A stretch of 64,000 bases of DNA from Mobula hypostoma (Eukaryota): the NCBI RefSeq assembly GCF_963921235.1, contig NC_086108.1, positions 27,530,001 to 27,594,000 of the forward strand, given 5' to 3'. The translations under genes were made by a program, and so were the position numbers. A model generated the notes under the pieces. The model worked only from the letters and a program-made list of their open reading frames with translations. It was not told where the DNA came from and ran no database searches. This document shows positions 38,440-53,210 of the stretch, piece by piece (position 1 is the stretch's first letter; each line of letters starts with the position of its first letter).

Positions 38440-39545
38440 CAGTCAAGATGGAGCCTGCATACAAGGATCTTCTAGATAGATCATGAAACTATATATTTCA
38501 CTTCTTTTATATCTTTTGCATTTGTTTTTTGTCTTGGATATATTCCAGAACTGTTGGAGCCTGTGATTTGCTGTGTGGAGCTTGTTTGGGTATTCTATCA
38601 TCTACAGTCTCAGAGAGGATTCCGGGAGACAGGGGCAGCGTGCATAAATTTCATGGCAAGAAGGCTGTGGGACAGGGTGCAAGCCATTGTTTGACTCCAA
38701 TTTAAAAACTAAAGTGATGAGGGAAATTGAAAGGTTGAGTCGAATGCAGTAGTTTGAAGATTGTTTGGGTGTTCCAGCTCTCTGCAGTTTCTGAGAGGAT
38801 TCCGGGAGACAGAGGCAAGCATGCACAAACTTCACGGTGAGAAGGCTGCAGGATGGGGCGCGAACCATTGTCCGATTACATCTCGCCGATTATGGCTTCT
38901 ATTGTTCGTCCATTAAAGGAACGAGGGAGAATAAAACATCAAGATAAATGTGGAAGTTTGGAGATTGTTTAGGTGGTTCAGTGCTCTGCAGTCTCCGTGA
39001 GGATTTCAGGAGCCAAAGACAATGTGAGTGAACCTGATGGTGGGCAAGCTGCAGAGAGGGGCATAAGTTGATTTTCAACTCCTCTTTGCTGGCTAAAACT
39101 TTTATTATGTGCCAATTAAAGCAGCGAGGGAGTTTGAAGAACCAAGTTGAGTGAGGAAGGTAAGCTCTGGCTGCCTGCATTTTGATCGCTGAGGATCACT
39201 CTGCTGGAGAGGGAGAGCCTGCTGCTGTGCCTACAGAGTGTTGCCCAGGTTTTCTGTGTTTTGGATGTGGACTTGAACAATAGACTTTTTCAGTCTTATA
39301 GTTGTTATATTCTGTGTTTTTGCCCGATCTTTCTCATGTTTTTGTGCAGGGAGGAGGGATGGGTGAGGAGGGTTGGTGTTCAATGTATTTGTTCTGTTTT
39401 TGTTAGTTTTTTGTGCAGGAGGAGGGATTTGGGGTTTGATAATCGTGTTGCCTTTCTTTTTTTTCTTGGTTTTCATGGCTACCCGGAGAAGAAGAATTTC
39501 AGAGTTGTATAGTTTGATAATAAATGAACCTTTGACCCTTTGAAA
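38440..39545 (+). mobile_element. Non-autonomous LINE-related element with internal monomer repeats
   Basis: Starts caagatgg; three related blocks cagt.tc..agaggatt.c.ggag at ~38625, ~38786 and ~38989; tail aataaatgaacctttgaccctttgaa. Confidence 0.5.
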
Positions 39546-40519
39546 ACTAGTAAAGACAGCAGAAATCTGAAATAAAAACAACGCAGGTAAAACTCAGCAG
39601 CTCAGACAGCATGTGTCTGAAGAGAAACAATTAATGTTTTGGATCAGTGACCCTGTCAGAATTGGGAGAGAGAAACAGCTTGATGGGGTCAATTGGTAGC
39701 ATATTAAGCTGCCTGGTCTCTCTAATCCGTGAGACCTGTCCAACAATCCAAACTACCGCATTTTGTCAGAAAAACCAAGCCAACCTGATATATAAAAAAG
39801 GAAAATGCTAGAACATTTTAGCAAGTTGGGCAGCATCTATGAAAAGAGAATTGCTTGATGTCTGAAACATTAATTTGGTATATAACATAAAACAGATATA
39901 AACTGCATGATGAAGGGTATTCATTTCCCTAGGTATTGCCTGGCCTGCTGAGTTCCTCTAGCAGTTTGTTTGTGTGTTGCCACTGCATGCTGGTGTAAAG
40001 TTGGATATGTCCCCTGGAAGTTCAATACTTTCACAAAGCATAGCTGCACAAGTTTGATCGGGTGGTAAAGATTGCGCTTGTCATGTTTGTCTTTGTTCAT
40101 CAAGGAGTGAGTCCAACAATCAGGATAATATGTTGCTGCTTTATTACATTCAGGTTGGGACACATTAGGAGTATTGCATTCATTTTTCCTTTCCCCTTTA
40201 TCGAAAGGATGTAAAGGCTTTTAAGAGGATGCAAAAAAGGTTTAACAGGATTCTGCCTGGATTTCAGAATACATATTACAAGGAAAGGTTGGACAATCAA
40301 GAAATATTTTCTTTGGACAACTGAAGTTGATGAAATTATCCTTTACACAGAATGGTGAGTTCCTGGAATGTGCTGCCAGGGTGGTGGTAGGGGAAAGTAC
40401 AATGGAGGGATTGAAAAGGATCCTAGCTAGGCACACGCCTATGCAAAGAATGTAGGGATATGGACCCCATCCAAGCAAAAGGGTTTAGTATAAATTGACA
40501 GCTTTAGCTTAATTATAAA

Positions 40520-40830
40520 CACAAGAAATTTTACAGATGCTGGAAACCCAAAGCAACACACGTAAAATACTGGAACTCAGCAGGTCAGGCAGCATCTATG
40601 GAAATGAATAAACAGTTGATGTGTCAGGCCGAGACCCTTCTTCAGGCCTGGAAAGGAAGGAGGAAGACGCCAGAATAAAATGATGGTGGGAGAGGAAGGA
40701 GGATTGTTAGAAGGTGATAGGTGAAGCCAGACAGGTGGGAAAGGTAAAGGACTAGAGAGGAAGGAATCTGACAGGAGATGAGAGTGGAACATAGGAGAAA
40801 GGGAAGGAGGTGTGGACCAGGGGGAGGTCT
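40520..40830 (-). mobile_element. Penelope-like terminus fragment
   Basis: cagatgctggaaa..caggtcaggcagcatc..gccgagacccttcttcagg. Confidence 0.65.
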
Positions 40831-42154
40831 TTATTAGTTTGACACAAAATTGTGGGCTGAAGAATGTGATCATGCTGTATTGTTCTTTGTTATTTCTAAC
40901 TTTGTAGCAAACCTAATCACTAAACGAGAAGCAGGGATATAAGGTTGGTTGCATCATCAGAGTTTCTGTGCAGCTTGGTCAGAGGATCTGGAGTAGGCAA
41001 AGTTGCTGCTGTGTCACACTGTACATAGGTGACAGATATCAGAACAGCTGTCAGCTTTGTCTAATCAATTTCCTTTAGAGTTTACTGCTGTTTATTCTGA
41101 CACTTTCTGTAAAAGATGTACACAGCTCAGTCCAGTAATTGGCCAATTATCCACAACATAGTGACAGAAAACATCCTGGTATGGGAGTTGGTCAATCATA
41201 ACCTGACGACGGTACACATCACGCTGCCGCAATTAATCAGTGTCTTCCAGCTTCAGTAATCTAATGTTTTCACAGAAAATGACAGAACTTCCAGTGAAAG
41301 GTGCTGAAATTCCACAGTACCACATATTTTGGCATGTGTGAGGCCATTGCTCACTATGTGTCAATCGTCTGAAATTTTCCTCTGTACTTGCATTCATAGT
41401 TGTTCTCCATCATCTAATTACAGGATGTCTATATTCACTGCAGGTCAGAAAATAGTACAGAATAGAATCAGGCCCTTCAGCCCATCATGCCCTTGCTTAC
41501 CTTTTTGCCCATTCACTCTAATTCCATTTGCCTCTGTTAAGTCCGTACCCTTCTTTGCAAAGCCTTTCTAAATATCTGGCTAAATACTGCTTAGCCCAGT
41601 AACTATACCAGATTCTGCCATCTCATCCAGCAGCGTGTTCCAGATATAAACCACTCTCTATGTGTTTTTTAAATGAACCATTTGGATCCTGCCCCTCACT
41701 GTAAACATGTGCCTTCTTGACTTTGATAACCCCATCACTTCATATTAATGTAGCTGATGAGAACCGAGGACCTTCATATGAGATAAAGTCCTGAGGTACC
41801 AGGCAACAGATCTGTGATCACATTTTCCTTTGAGGCATAGAGACAGAGCATAGAACAGTACAGCACAAGAACAGATTCTTCAGCCTCTGGTGTCTGTGCC
41901 AAATGTGATGCCAAATTAAGCTAAACCTCTTCTGCCTGTACATGACCCATATCTGTATATTCACTGCATATTTGCATGTCTTTCTAATAGCCTATTAAGC
42001 TCCTCTATCATAATAGTTTCCACCATTACCCTTGGCAGCCCATTCCAGGTACCTGATGTAAAAAAAACAAAACTTGCCTGACACATCTCCTTTAAATTTG
42101 TCCCCTCTTGCCTTAAGTGGATACCCTGCAGTATTTGATATTTCTACCCTGGAA

Positions 42155-42492
42155 ATTGAAGGAGAAAGGCGTTCATTCCCTCTGCTAGCCTGCAGGTCAC
42201 CCTTGGTAAGGTGTAGCACCTGCTTAGCCCCCCCGATCAGGGCCACGTAAAGCCATGGGAGCAGGTGGTGGATGGTGCATATCACAAGTCCTGGTTATGT
42301 TACCACTGACATGAGGCAGACAATCTCTGAAGAGCATTGAGAATGGCAGGGGCCACCTGTCTTGTAAAGACACCACCCAGAAGCAGGCAATGACAAGCTA
42401 CCTCTATAGAAAAATTTGACAAGAATAATCATGGTCATGGGACCATGACCACCCTCGTCAAACAACATGGCACATAATGATGATGATGATGA
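42155..42492 (+). mobile_element. SINE with (GAT)n tail inserted into a minus-strand CR1 tail (~41840-42710)
   Basis: Ends taatgatgatgatgatgac; CR1-type sequence continues on both sides. Confidence 0.5.
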
Positions 42493-44933
42493 CACTGGGG
42501 ATCAAAGATCTTGACTATCTACCCTGTCTATGCTTCGTATAAATTTTGTAATTATTCATCTCTAACACTTCAGAGAAAACAGCCTAAGTCTATCCAACCT
42601 CTTCTGATAGCTCATGCCCTCTAATCCAGGCAGCATCTTGGTAAACACCCTTTCCAAAGGCTTCACATCCTTCCTGTAATGGTCTGACCCAAACTGCAAC
42701 AATAGCTGACCATTTGATCTATTAGGTCAGTTCCAGCCAATGACAATTCATGTGGAGGCTGAAGAAGGAAAAAAATCAGCTGGTAACTATGTTAGTAGAA
42801 GTCAAACAAAACTGCGGGTTAAGAAATTTGGGATAAAATCTGTAAATAGAAGCTTTCAGAGGGTTAAGCAGTATCTGTTGAAAGAGAAATAAGCTAATAT
42901 CTTTAATCTTGGGACCTTTAGTCTCTTTCCACATATGCTGCTTGGAATGCTGAGTATTTCCAATGTTCCCTATTGTTTTGTTTCAGTTTTGTCATGGCCA
43001 GAATTGTATTTACTCCTCACTGATGGTTCTGCCAACTCCTGCCCTTCAGATGAGATGGATTCTACCCAGCTTTCCCTCTTTTCCCTCCTATCCTTTACAC
43101 TGAATTGCCAGGCTGGAGATCAGATCTGTCACTCTGTTGCCAGAATCTCACTGAGTCCAGTCCAGAGCAGGAGTACAGATATCCTGAGCTATGGGTGAAC
43201 AGACTCCACACCCCATCCCTCAGCCTTACCCCTCGGGTGCTGCTGCCTATGGTGGGACCGCTATTTACTTAAATAATGTGGAACTTCATCATTGAGAAGG
43301 TAAATGTAAGTAAGCTTTTTTTTCATTTTACTCAACCACAATTAATCTAAACAACATAAGGATATTTTGAAAATATTAATTTTTAAAAATATTTTTCATT
43401 ATTGACATTCTGGAACATTTTATAATCTACTTGAATAGATGATGGAAGCCGATATCCTCACAGCATATAAATAGATCAGAAGCATGTGCATTTGAAAATA
43501 CAAAACATAGATGCTCAGGATCAAATGCTGTGAATAGGACAAGGTTGATTGATATGGGAATGTCTGCCTAAAGGGCCTGATTCTGTGCTCTGTGACTCTG
43601 AATCTCTGATGCTATGAAACATCTCTGATCATCAGAGTTAATTAAAAGCAGTTTAAGGATCTTTAATGGCACAAAGCCATGAAGACAGACCACAGACAGA
43701 ATTTAGGATGCTCCCAAGTTGCAATGTGGACAATGGATTATTCTTCTTGTTGCTGAGATATAGATAGGGGCAGCTAGTGAAGTGACAGTTCACATCAACA
43801 CAATCATCAAATTAAGGCTGAATGTGTTTATGTGCATATAAAATATACATTTGTTTAATCAGGCTTTCCAAGAAATACTCACATTTAATTCTGGCATCTG
43901 ATCCCTCTCACTGGTGTAGCAAAATTTTTGCTGGGCACAGAATGGTTGACACATTTGTCCTCATAACAAAATATTCCACCTTACTGTTCATTCATGTATT
44001 AGGAAGCAATTTTTCCAAGGTACCAATGTGCAACTGTTCACCTTTTGTTTTGATACAGCTTTGATGTTTTTGGTTGAAGTGCAGCTAAAAGCCTCCAGAT
44101 CTTTTTAGGTGGGTAAGATCACAAGGATCATAAGGAATAGGTTACTCTGCCATGCAAGTCTGTTTCATCATTATTAAACTCATGGTTTTCTTCTACCTCA
44201 AAGTCAGTTTCCCACTAGCCCTTAATTCCCTTATTGACAAGAAATGTATTGGTCTCTGCTTTGAATGAACCAACAACTAAGTTTCCACAACTGGCTAGAG
44301 AGTTCCAAAGTTTTACCACCATCTGTGAAGAAACTTTTACTCATTTCAGTTCTAAATTATCTACACTTTATTTTGAAAAACAGCTCCTGATCCAAGATAC
44401 CTCTTGCCACTAAACTATACCGAGTAAGCACAGTGTTAAAATTCTAAAGGTTGAGTATTCTAATTAAAACATATCATTGCACAGGGTTCTGGTTGATTCA
44501 CATCTGCTTGCTGCCCTCCTAGGAATCGACAGTGTGTGCAAAATACTTTTACTTTGTTGTATAAATCAGCATTGTCTTCATTTATGCATTGTGTGACAGC
44601 AGTTTATTGTTGAATATGTATTCTACCTTCAAGAGCGTTTGGATTGGGCATAACATAAATCTCAGTTGGAACCAACATCACGAGGGATTCCCTCTAATTT
44701 GGGGGTCAGCAATCAAAACTAATGATTAAACAGTGTAAATTGATAAAAGCATCTGTCTGTAAAGATAGGCAATCTAAATGCTGGTGTCCTTAGGGAGCCC
44801 ATAGTCAACTCTGATCAAGATTTTAAAGATAGGGATGTACTGTCTGTTAACCACTGTGAAATAAAAAATGAATGCTCATTTATGCAAGACCTGTTATTCT
44901 TATGGGATGATCTAATTCTTTGAAATTTGGAAG

Positions 44934-45005
44934 TACAGGCACAATTTTAGAGTATAATATAGGCACAGTTTTAAAGTATAATACAGGCACAATTTTAAAG
45001 TATAA
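44934..45005. repeat. 24-bp tandem repeat x3
   Basis: ta(c/t)aggcaca(a/g)tttta(g/a)agtataa repeated three times. Confidence 0.85.
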
Positions 45006-45241
45006 AAAGCAAGTGCTAATTTGCACGCAGCTTCCAATATCAATTGGAAGCGGTGCTCTGAGCATTGAACACTGGTACTGTGGTCAAGTGCTTGGATGAG
45101 TAACATGATATTAAAGTTGAGAAGTTAGCAGCTCTTAAGTTCTGCCACTTGGCTTATATCATGTGCAGATTTTTTTTTTTGGTCAGGTAAGGTATTGGCC
45201 ACTGACCAGGAAACGTTGCAAGCTTTCTTGTGTGAGAGGGT

Positions 45242-46548
45242 AAACATAGAAACATAGAAACATAGAAAATAGGTGCAGGAGTAGGCCATTCGGCCCTTCG
45301 AGCCTGCACCGCCATTTATTATGATCATGGCTGATCATCCAACTCAGAGCCCTGCACCAGCCTTCCCTCCATACCCCCTGATCCCCGTAGCCACAAGGGC
45401 CATATCTAACTCCTTCTTAAATATAGCCAATGAACTGGCCTCAACTGTTTCCTGTGGCAGAGAATTCCACAGATTCACCACTCTCTGTGTGAAGAAGTTT
45501 TTCCTCATCTCGGTCCTAAAAGGCTTCCCCTCTATCCTCAAACTGTGACCCCTCGTTCTGGACTTCCCCAACATCGGGAACAATCTTCCTGCATCTAGCC
45601 TGTCCAATCCCTTTAGGATTTTATACGTTTCAATCAGATCCCCCCTCAATCTTCTAAATTTCAATGAGTACAAGCCCAGTTCATCCAGTCTTTCTTCATA
45701 TGAAAGTCCTGCCATCCCAGGAATCAATCTGGTGAACCTTCTTTGTACTCCCTCTATGGCAAGGATGTCTTTCCTCAGATTAGGGGACCAAAACTGCACA
45801 CAATACTCCAGGTGTGGTCTCACCAAGGCCTTGTACAACTGCAGTAGTACCTCCCTGCTCCTGTACTCGAATCCTCTCGCTATAAATGCCAGCATACCAT
45901 TCGCCTTTTTCATCGCCTGCTGTACTTGCATGCCCACTTTCAATTACTGGTGTATAATGACACCCAGGTCTCGTTGCACCTCCCCTTTTCCTAATCAGCC
46001 ACCATTCAGATAATAATCTGTTTTCCTATTTTTGCCACCAAAGTGGATAACTTCACATTTATCCACATTAAATTGCATCTGCCATGAATTTGCCCACTCA
46101 CCCAACCTATCCAAGTCACCCTGCATCCTCTTAGCATCCTCCTCACAGCTAACACTGCCACCCAGCTTCGTGTCATCCGCAAACTTGGAGATGCTGCATT
46201 TAATTCGCTCATCCAAGTCATTAATATATATTGTAAACAACTGGGGTCCCAGCACTGAGCCTTGCAGTACCCACTAGTCACTGCCTGCCATTCTGAAAAG
46301 GTCCCGTTTATTCGCACTCTTTGCTTCCTGTCTGTTAACTAATTCTCTATCCACATCAATACCTTACCCCCAATACCGTGTGCTTTAAGTTTGCACACTA
46401 ATCTCCTGTGTGGGACCTTGTCAAAAGCCTTTTGAAAATCCAAATATACCACATCCACTGGTTCTCCCCTATCACTCTACTAGTTACATCCTCAAAAATT
46501 TCTATGAGATTCGTCAGACATGATTTTCCTTTCACAAATCCATGCTGA
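45242..46548 (-). mobile_element. Young 5'-truncated CR1 LINE (RT)
   Basis: YINDLD..KFADDTKLGG; LVRPHLEYCVQFWSP..RRLRGDLIETYKI; (ttctatgt)n tail; near-identical to 60380-62384. Confidence 0.92.
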
Positions 46549-48047
46549 ATTAGGCAAATGAGATGTTAGCATAGATTTTAGGAGGACTAGAACATGAAAG
46601 CAAGGATTTAATACAGAGTCTTTAAAAGGCAAGATCACATATGGAGTATTGTGAGCAGTGCTGGGGCTCATCTCTAAGGATGAGTGTGCTCGCACTGGAG
46701 AGGGTCCAGAGGAGGTTTATGAGAATGATCATGGGATTATTAGACACTCCGTTTAATGTGAAAACTGCAGAAGTATTTATAAAGGAGGTGGGACTCCTAT
46801 GACGAATATGAATCAATGTGCATACTACCAGGATTTTGGATACCCAAGTAGTGTCCTCAATCCTTGGAACCTAGAACCAAAGAGAAAGAAGCTCTGAGAT
46901 GGCAAGGCAGGATAATTGGTGGTAAGTCCAATATAAGTGGCAAAATAATTGGTAGAGTATAGCCAGTAAGAGAAACTTCCAACACCAACTTTTGTTGCTT
47001 AGAAAATGCTTTTTCTATTTCAGTGCTACTTCCCTTCTGGCAAAGAGGCTGAAGAAATCAATGCTAATTCTAGTATCTGTCAAAATATCAAAGTATGGAA
47101 ACATATTGAAAAAACAATGAATTTCTGAAGTAGAGTGATAAGATCGTCAGCTTTGAATCTGATGAAGGCTGGAACGTCTTGCTAAGATTAGCCGCTGGTG
47201 TTGGAATCTGTAAATAAAGGCTATGCATGGATTTGAAGCAAGACTAAAAACAAATTCATATCTGTTAACATTAAATGCATTGTGTTGATGTGTTGTATTC
47301 TGACTCCAAATGCATGGAAAGAATTCCAGAGGGAGTACATTGAGCTGTTCTGTAGTGTTGTTCTATAGAATGGTAATAGGTCTTTTGGCCCAACCACCCC
47401 ATGCTAATCATGATGCGCATCTCAGCTCATCCTATTTGTTCACATTTGGTCCACATCACTCTAACAGTTTTCTATCCTTTGACTTGTCCAATTGCCTTTT
47501 AATGCAACTGAATATAGATGAGTTTCATGGCTATATCAGTATGCAGTTGTAAAACTATGAAAATACACAGCTGTATAGGATCTTGTTCAGAATATTAAAG
47601 AAGTACAATGTTCAGTTTTGGGTACCGAAGCTCCAGATACTATGACATTGAAAGGACTGTACATAGATCAGTGAAAATTATAAATAAATTAACTGGTGAG
47701 GACAGATCAATTAAACCTGGCTTGTATTCTCTTGAAGGTTGAAAGCAACACTAATAAAGGTGTTAAACATAATCAAAGGGGTGGTAGGGTAGAGATTCCA
47801 CCTTGGTCCAGTAAAGTAGGTTCAGTCCCTATCTAATGCTGGTCCGTGGAGTTTGCATATTTACTCTGTAACCATGAAAGTTTCCCTCTGGTGTTCCAGT
47901 TTCCTCCGACATCACTGAGATGTAGTTTGAGAGGTTAATAGGACACTAATTTGACCTTAGAATGTAGGAGAGAATTAGTATCTGGGAAAGTAAGAGTAAA
48001 GAAGGTTCATATAGGATGAATGTAGATGGGATGTTATGGTTGGTTAA

Positions 48048-49110
48048 CACAAGAGACTCTGCAAATGCTGGAAATCCAGAGTAACACACACATAATGCTG
48101 GAGGAATTCAGCAGGTCAGGCAGCATACATGGAAAGGAATAAACAGTTGATGTTTCTGGCCAAGACCCTTCTTCAGGACTGGAAAGAAAGGGGAAAAGAA
48201 ACCAAAATAAGAAGGTGGGGTAAGGGGCAAGAATACAACCTGGAAAGCAGTAGGTAAAGTCAGGTGGGTAGGAGAGGGAGGATGAATTGAGAGGCTAGGA
48301 GGTGATGGGTAGAAAGGGTAAAGGGCTGAAGAAGAAGAAATCTGATATGAGAGTAGGGTGGACCATGGAAGTAAAGGAAGGAGAAGCGACACCTGGGGGA
48401 GGTGATAGACAGGTGAGGAAAAGAGAAGAAGTCGGAGTGTGAAGCTTGTCAGCGGCTGGAAGAAGGAGAGTGGGAGAATTACCAGAAGCTAGAGAAATTG
48501 ATGTTCATGCCATTAGGTTGGGGGACCACATAGTCAGAAGATAAGCTATTGCTCCTTCAGCCTGAAGGTGGCCTCATTGTGGCAGATAGAGGAGGCCATG
48601 GACCGATATGTTGGAATAGGAATGGGGATTGGAATTAAGACAGTTAGGCACCGGGAAATTCTGCAGGTTGCTAATGAAACTAAGGTGCTCAACAAATCAA
48701 TCCCTCAATCTACATTGGGTCTCACCTACGTAGAGGCGGCTGCATTGAGAGCACCAGAGACAATGGATGACCCCAACAGATTCTCTGGTGAAGTGTTGCC
48801 TCATTTGAAGGGCTGTTTAGAGTGGACCTTCCTCCCATGGTCCACTCTCCTCTCCTATCAGATTCCTTCTCACTTCAGTCCTTTACCTTTTCCACCTAGC
48901 ACCTCCCAGCTTCTCACTTCGTTTCCCCCATTCCCATCCATTTGGCTTCAACTCTCACCTTCTAACTCGTACACATTTCCCTCCTCTCATCTTTTTATTC
49001 TGGCTTCTTTCCTCTTCCTTTCCACACTTGATGAAGGGTTTTCAGCCTGAAACATTGATAACTTATTCTTCTCCATAGATGCTGCCTGACCTGCTGAGTT
49101 CTTCCAGCAT
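48048..49110. mobile_element. Penelope-like remnant with inverted terminus
   Basis: Minus copy 48048-~48828, then plus-strand terminus 48829-49110 (ttgatgaagggtt..gcctgaaacattga..gatgctgcctgacctgctgag). Confidence 0.7.
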
Positions 49111-52100
49111 TCCACATGATATGGTTGGTGTGAACAGTGGGTTGAATAGCCTGTTTCCACAAGTCTCTGTAATTTGATGGTTTAGGTACAAATAAATGAC
49201 TTTGCTTCACATGGGAATCCAGAACAAGGTCACAACCTTGAAAATATAAACAGCAAGTGCCAGGAAAACAAGTTGAGCAGCATTTATAAAAAGAGAAACA
49301 GTTAACCTTTGGCATCTACAAACCTTTTTCATCAGAACCGTGACAGAACCAAAACATTGGCCAAAACTTGATCCATGGATGCTGCCTGACCTGATAAGCT
49401 CTACTGTTTTTAGTCCAGATTTCCAGTATCTGAGGATTTGTTTTATTTTTGATTTGCACAATCTTAAAATTACAGCTGGTTAGAAGTACAAGGGTCAGTG
49501 GAATCTGGAACTTGTTTCCCCAGAGACTTAGCTGCATTAGAGCTTTGAAGACTCACATAAACAAATCCTGTGTAATATCACAGCCAGACCTCCAAATAAG
49601 TCATTTACCCTTGGGACATGTGGGCAATTGGATTAAGCATATCCCAGCACTGAAATGAATGATGTTAGCTTGGAAAAGTTCAATTTATTTTCAAATTCAA
49701 GAGAAAGGCAAGTTGTTTTGGAAAGACAACTACAGTGTTGAAATTTCAATGTTGAAAAATAAGCTACTAAACTACTTTAACTGAGCTTTCATAATCTTTA
49801 TGTTGTAATACATTTATTGTGCTATAAGGATGAGCATGAGCACACATCCCACAGTATCTTTGGTAATAATCCAAGTCAAATTCATCACCTTCGAACAGAT
49901 AATTGCTTACACTGAAGCCTCATTAAACCACTTCCATACCCTGTCTTTTTCTGATCATTCCTAATATGTATAATTCATTCTGTCCTTGCCCAAGCCTAAG
50001 TGCCAACAGCACTGGTTATTAGCTACAATAGTGGGGCTATGGACTGAAGCTGCAAAGATGCTAAGTCCAAGTCCAGGGTGTTGTCGACTCAGCATGTTCC
50101 TTCCTCAAGAATCACCAGCTTAGCTAGGTTTTTAGTTTGTTGAGTGTTCAAAAGTTCAAAGTACATTTTTTATCAAAGAATATATAAATTATACACATCC
50201 TTGAGATTTGTTTGCTTACAGGGAATCACAAAGCAAGAACCCCAAAAGAATCCAATTAATGAAAAAATAATCAATTAAAGATGAACACTTGATGCGCAAA
50301 GGGGGAGAAAAACACAAACCATACAAAGAATTGAAGCAAACAACAACATTCCAAACTAAATTATGTCCTCATTTCCAAACCCTGGAGTAGGCCCAAAGCC
50401 TCTTAAATTCCCAAAAATATTGTTATCAACAGCGAGCATAAAATGCTGGGAACACTTAGCATCAGTGGAAGAAGATGTATTTAATTCTTCAGGTCTGAGA
50501 TTCTTTGTAAGCAATAATTTGCAGGAGGATTTAGTACTGACTTTTACCACACAATTACCATTAACATATAGGTACATCAAAATTTCATTTCCTTTTATAC
50601 AGTATAGTAAATCTCTAGAATTTTATTCTCAAGAGATTTGGTGGGGGGCATATCATCAGAAATACTTAATTTTTGAGCGATATGGAAAGTGGTAAAGAAG
50701 AGGAAATAAGGCCAGATTCATGATTGTATTGGGTGGCAGAGATGGCTTTAGAGGGCAGGTGGCCAATCCCAACTACTATTTAATTGTGTTTTTGACTAAA
50801 TTTTTACTAAATTTGATGTAATTTGACTAAATTAATTTCAATAATGCAACAGAAAACATGATCAATACTCAGCAGATTCATCAGCATCTACAGAGAACAA
50901 ACAAGTTGATGATTATCATTAATTCTGAAACATGAACTCTCTGTGGATGCTACTTGACTTGCTGAACATTTTAGCCCTTTGATTTTTCTTTCATTATTAA
51001 TTTGAACAAGTACTGTAAATCCAGTTAAAATCAATCTGTAAATTTCAATCTGCTTCAAATTCTCAGTGTCTGCAGTACTTTGCTTTATTAAACTCAAGTT
51101 CTAAACAATAATCAATTATTCCATTCTAGAAGAAGGACAGGATGGAATATAGACATGTATGACAGACATTTGTTAGGGGTGCAGTGTGAGAGGTACAATC
51201 GATAAAATAATAGCTGAATTAAAATAAAATAATAACTTATTGATTTTGGCAGATGAAGTGCAGTCAGTCAATCATTGTCTTGTTCTTTTCAAGCAAATTG
51301 TAAAATGTTCCTCGTGTAGCTTTGCTTACGCTTCAGGCAGACTCTAATCAGCCTGTCAGCAGGGGTCCCTCCCTGTTCAGAAAGTCTCTGAAGATCCATT
51401 TCACTCTGATTGACAGTGAAGGGATGTGTGCCTCTGTGTATGGTACGGCAAAGAAGAAACCAAATAAAATCCACAGGACGTCTCAATTATCCAAATACTA
51501 CAAAAATAAAGAAAGGCAGTCGGCCTACCTCTGCTGTCTTGTCGATCCTGTCTTCCTGCTCTGAAATTTGCAACTACTGCAAAATTTTGTCCGTGTCCTT
51601 TTGTCTACATATGTTTCACTCTATTTCCCATTCACTCATTGACTAGATAACTTGATTATAACTTATCCCTATGGCAACCAAGATGTTATTTGATTTGAGG
51701 CATTTTTCCTTCCTCACTCTTCTTGTAGCTTGACAAGTTCTACTTCTCAGTTCTGATGAAGTACTTGTGAAATGGAGCGGAGAGCAGGTTTGCAAATTTG
51801 GCAGGAGCAGAGGATGTTGGAAATGGTGAGGGTGGAGTGCCATGGGAGATATGTGGGACAGGTGACAGAGAAGGAGTGCCAGGAGCGGTGGTGGGGGTGG
51901 GGGGAAGTGGCGAGGGTGCAGACACGCCCAGCCCTGACCAGGCAAGGTCATTTGATTCCAAACAATTGTATAATTCATCTTTACAAAAGGCCACTCTGGT
52001 GCTTCCTTCTCTGTCCCCTCTCACTTCCCCTTTTCCCAACCATGAATCCCCACTCCCAATCCACACTAGAGGATCAGATTTATTAACACTCACATTTGTC

Positions 52101-52157
52101 AAGAAATTTGTCTTTTTTTGCAGCAGCAGCTGTACAGTGCGATACGTAAAATTGCTA

Positions 52158-52224
52158 CAGTACTGTGCAAAAGTCTTAGACAACCTAGCTCTATGTAGGT
52201 GCCTAAGACTTTCACACAGTACTC
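52158..52224. mobile_element. Tc1-type palindromic MITE
   Basis: TA|cagtactgtgcaaaagtcttag...ctaagactttcacacagtactc|TA. Confidence 0.7.
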
Positions 52225-53210
52225 TACACAAAGGCACAGTGAAAAACTGCTCTGCATACTTGCCAAACAACTCATTTCACCACACAAGTATATTGAGGTA
52301 GCAGAAGGGAAAAGCAATATCAGAGTGCTGAATGTAGTGTATGGTTACAGAAAAAGTGCAGTTCAAGCAAACAGTAAGGTGGAATTCCTTGCTGAGGGAG
52401 ATTGAGAGGTCAAGAATCCACCTCATAAGACAATTGATTAGACCTCTTGTATGATGACAGTAGGATAGAAGCTGTTTGTGACAGAGGGTGCTCAGTAGCC
52501 GCACTTTGTACAAATGTGCATTTACACACACACACACACAAACATTGTCTTGCATTCTGCTGTCACTGTGCTGAGTGTATGCGCTTCAATATCTTCCACT
52601 GGTACATTCTAATAATGGGTCCTAAAGGCTTTGGCTTTATGGTACCTTTCCCACCATACACGGCAGAATATTTCATTATTCTGGGAACGTGTAAATGTGT
52701 ATATGTTGTTTGTATACTGTACTTATGGTAGATAAGGTGTAAGTATTTAAGTGAAAGTGAGGCAGAGTTAATATTTCAGCTCAATGGCTATCTTCAATTT
52801 TTAATTCTGTTGTCCAGCATCTGTATTTTTTGTTTTTTATGAAAGTTGTATTTGACTGCCTTTGAACGACTTTAAAGAGAGAGCCACCTATTAGTAAATC
52901 CTAAAGAAATTCATGCTCAATGTGTAATTGTAGGAAACCTGGCAGACTGATATCATGAATTTGCTTCTAGAAAAAATATTGTCCGGAGACCTTCTGTGCT
53001 CTTCAGATATTACCATGGGATCTTTTAGGCTTGTAGCAAAGGGATGGAATTCTTGATTTAAGATCCAAAAGTTGGCGTATCGATTGGCTCACTTTGTGCA
53101 GTGCAGCTCTATGGTTTGTGAAATATCTGGCTTGGAATCAGCACCCACAATCCATAGTTTAAGGCAAAAGAGAACCAGATGCTGCAGTGAATTTTGTTGT
53201 ACTGCTAGAG

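Noticed and set aside
51322..51564. ORF after a plausible acceptor (ADSNQPVSRG...)
   Set aside because: No recognisable homology or linked exon; not supportable
51643..52317. Cluster of long overlapping ORFs on both strands
   Set aside because: Low-complexity G/A-rich interspersed repeat plus a MITE; no domain signature
53005..53065. ccatgggatctttta resembling a DeuSINE core
   Set aside because: Match too short and degenerate to support by eye
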